In this document: positions 61,968 through 64,000 of the stretch, piece after piece
Layout: each line of letters starts with the position of its first letter
Numbering within the stretch: the stretch's first letter is position 1
DNA from: Phycisphaerae bacterium
Lineage (GTDB): Bacteria; Planctomycetota; Phycisphaerae; SM23-33
Assembly: GCA_039683615.1 (NCBI GenBank)
Contig: JBDKRA010000022.1
Location: 197,146 to 261,145, forward strand
Direction: 5' to 3'
DNA length: 64,000 nt
Notes under the pieces: model-generated
Told to the model about the DNA's origin: nothing
What the model saw: only the letters and a program-made list of their open reading frames with translations
The model's database searches: none
Position numbers and translations under genes: made by a program

Positions 61968-64000
61968 CTACTTCGTCCCCTGCGGTCCGATGCGGTCCAT
62001 CGGAATCGCCTCAAACCCCAGCTTCCAGGCCGGTGAGGTTGCCTTGAGTCGCAAGTCGCCCTTGGCAATGTTCACAAACTGCGGATCAGCGGCCAGGCTG
62101 TGGCGCTCGACTCCGGCCTTGCGGGCCTTGGCCAGGTGACGCTTGCCCCAGTTCTTGTCGGCGGTGTTCCAGTAGAGGTTGTAGTCCAGGTCGCACTGGC
62201 CCAGCTTGGGCAGCGGGCGACCGTCGGGGGCTTCGTCGCCGAGGTAGGCGTTGTGGTCGGCCGCGCCGGCGTAGAGGATGTTGCCGCACACATGTGCAGC
62301 CGTGGCGTGCGGGTCCATCAGCGTCATGTACGCCCAGTGCTCCTGCTTGTCGTAGTGCATCTGGGCGATGATATTGCCCACGACGTACTGCGGGCCCTTG
62401 GGGACGATCCCGATCCCGGCCCCGCCGCATCGCCAGATGACGTTGCCGATGTACCGCGTGGTGTCCTGCGGCTGGTCCGAGCGGATGCCCGCCTGCATGT
62501 GGTGGCTGGGGCAGTCGTGGATGAAGTTCCAGCGGCACAACGTGTCGCCGGCGACGGTGGAGATGTAGATCCCGTTGCCATCGAAAATCTGCTGCATCAC
62601 GTGGTGAATCTCGTTGAGCTCGACGACGTTGTCCTTGGTGTAGAACCACCGGCTGTCCATGAACAGCCCGCCGTCGAGCACGTCCTTGCCTGCCTTGATC
62701 TCGTGCCATCGCACGGTCTTGAAGCCTTCGCCGGTCGTGCGGCTGCGCATGTCCAGCCGCGTGCTGACGACGATGCCGGCGTACGGCATGTGGTGGATCA
62801 GGTTGTGTGCGATGCGGTTGCGCCCGCTCTGCCAGACGATGATCCCCGGCGAGTGCCAGTACTCTCCGCCGGCGTGGTGGATGACGTTGGCGACCACCTC
62901 GTTGTCGTGGCTGACGTTCTTGGTGCCCGGGCCGTACCCGCCCACGCTGACGCCCACCCCGCCGATGTGGTGCATGCGATTGCCCGCCACGCGATTGCCC
63001 ACCGCGTGCAGGTCCAGCCGCACGGCGGCCGAGCCGGCGTACTCGAAGCGGCAGTTCTCGACGGCGCAATTCTCGGCCCCGCGTAACCGCACCATCGCGG
63101 TGGGCCGGTCGTGCAACTCCCAGTCGTGCTGCATGCCCCAGCCGACGTGGTCGGCGTCCCAGAGGTAGCGGTCGGCCCGCGTGAACGTCAGGCCACGGAA
63201 GACCAGCCCGCGCACCGGCACATCCGTCGGGCCGTCGTAGTCAGTTTTGCCCTCGACGCGGATCAACTCGGTCAGGCACGGGGCCACGATGTCGCGCGGC
63301 TGACCCGTGCGCGGCCAGAGGTACACGCGCCGGGCCTTGGTGTCCAGCACCCAGCGTCCGGGGCCGGTGAGGCCCTCGAAGGTGTTCTCGATGCACGTGC
63401 TGCCGCGACGGCCATGGCGCTCGAAGTCGGCGCCGTTGATCCCGTACGTCGGCGGGACAGCCACCGTCGCGGTGCCGGCCTTGACGTCCACCGATTTGAT
63501 CGGCAGGACGTTGGCCGACCATGGGGCGCCCATGCAGAGGCGCACTTCCACGTCGCGCAGGTTCGTCCAGTTGCGGATGAGCCCGTCGGGCATGCGGAAG
63601 GTGTCGCTTTTGCCGCCGCCTTCCACGCCCAGACGCTTAACAGGCCCGACCTTCGCCCGAGGCAGCGGCCCGCGAGCATCATAGAGCGTGAAGAACCGCC
63701 TGAGATCTTTCGGCATGGGCGCGACGTAGATCTTGCCGCGGGCCTTGGCCGGCAGACCGGGCAGATCGCCCGAGAGCTTCTTCCAGCCGCCGATCGCCAC
63801 GTCCGGCGCCAGCACCGCCTTCTGCCCGCGCGCCGCGGCGTAGGTGATCGAGTGCCCGTCGGCCGCCGAGTCGGCCAGACCGAAGACGAGCGTCTTGCTC
63901 AGCCGATACACGCCGCTGCCCAGCAGCACGATAAAGTCCTGTCCGGGATTCTTGCCCTTGAGCCGCCGCACCAGATCGCGAGCCGCCGCCAGCGTAGCAA
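61968..64000 (-). CDS. Right-handed parallel beta-helix (pectate-lyase-fold) protein; the 5' end lies outside the window
   Basis: Repeated NxxHH/GxxVxxN beta-helix rungs: NVIHHAGGEY, NLIHHMPYAGIVVS, NFIHDCPSHH, VIWRCGGAGIGIV. The frame stays open to nt 64000. Confidence 0.6.
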   Translation of the reverse strand, partial: ATLAAARDLVRRLKGKNPGQDFIVLLGSGVYRLSKTLVFGLADSAADGHSITYAAARGQKAVLAPDVAIGGWKKLSGDLPGLPAKARGKIYVAPMPKDLRRFFTLYDARGPLPRAKVGPVKRLGVEGGGKSDTFRMPDGLIRNWTNLRDVEVRLCMGAPWSANVLPIKSVDVKAGTATVAVPPTYGINGADFERHGRRGSTCIENTFEGLTGPGRWVLDTKARRVYLWPRTGQPRDIVAPCLTELIRVEGKTDYDGPTDVPVRGLVFRGLTFTRADRYLWDADHVGWGMQHDWELHDRPTAMVRLRGAENCAVENCRFEYAGSAAVRLDLHAVGNRVAGNRMHHIGGVGVSVGGYGPGTKNVSHDNEVVANVIHHAGGEYWHSPGIIVWQSGRNRIAHNLIHHMPYAGIVVSTRLDMRSRTTGEGFKTVRWHEIKAGKDVLDGGLFMDSRWFYTKDNVVELNEIHHVMQQIFDGNGIYISTVAGDTLCRWNFIHDCPSHHMQAGIRSDQPQDTTRYIGNVIWRCGGAGIGIVPKGPQYVVGNIIAQMHYDKQEHWAYMTLMDPHATAAHVCGNILYAGAADHNAYLGDEAPDGRPLPKLGQCDLDYNLYWNTADKNWGKRHLAKARKAGVERHSLAADPQFVNIAKGDLRLKATSPAWKLGFEAIPMDRIGPQGTK

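Overview
This is a GC-rich (about 65-70 % GC) bacterial chromosomal window that is gene-dense on both strands. The gene content is consistent with, but does not prove, a Planctomycetota-like genome: an LpxI hydrolase, a 23S-IVS-type four-helix-bundle protein, several zinc-ribbon proteins, large secreted repeat proteins, and pervasive GC-driven antisense ORFs.

Most genes are housekeeping: mutS (5' partial), proC, lpxA, ispA-dxs, queA, lpxI-lolD-permease, lysS, cydAB, mnmE, rnhA, dnaG, aas-lplT, sod, hisH ... hisA, rho and a tRNA-Ser(GGA). Accessory-looking content comprises:
- a GH51 arabinofuranosidase;
- a secreted esterase, followed by an acrAB-like RND pump with a MarR regulator; the pump cassette is bracketed by an approximately 100-nt direct repeat of the esterase 3' end;
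- a six-gene, co-directional cluster of secreted or lipoproteins carrying LPP20/FlgP-like and CsgG-like domains (26.9-33.1 kb);
- tandem FliA-type sigma factors preceded by an AT-rich island;
- an ABC exporter with an unusual Cys-rich N-terminal domain next to a giant TPR+PQQ-repeat secreted protein.

The intergenic space is filled with several families of long, imperfect hairpins built from short tandem units (GTTAAC/GGTTGAC, CCAGTAGCC, CAGTAAT, CACGAATG, GTTGTGAGT, GTAGCACGGGCG palindromes). One pair of these forms terminal inverted repeats around the four-helix-bundle gene, and another pair brackets a 150-nt core of GC hairpins between dnaG and aas.

The lipoprotein cluster is the best candidate for an undescribed envelope system.

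CDS coordinates follow the supplied ORF track. Start-codon corrections and repeat coordinates were hand-counted and may be off by 1-2 nt. All functional calls are from motif recognition by eye, not database searches.
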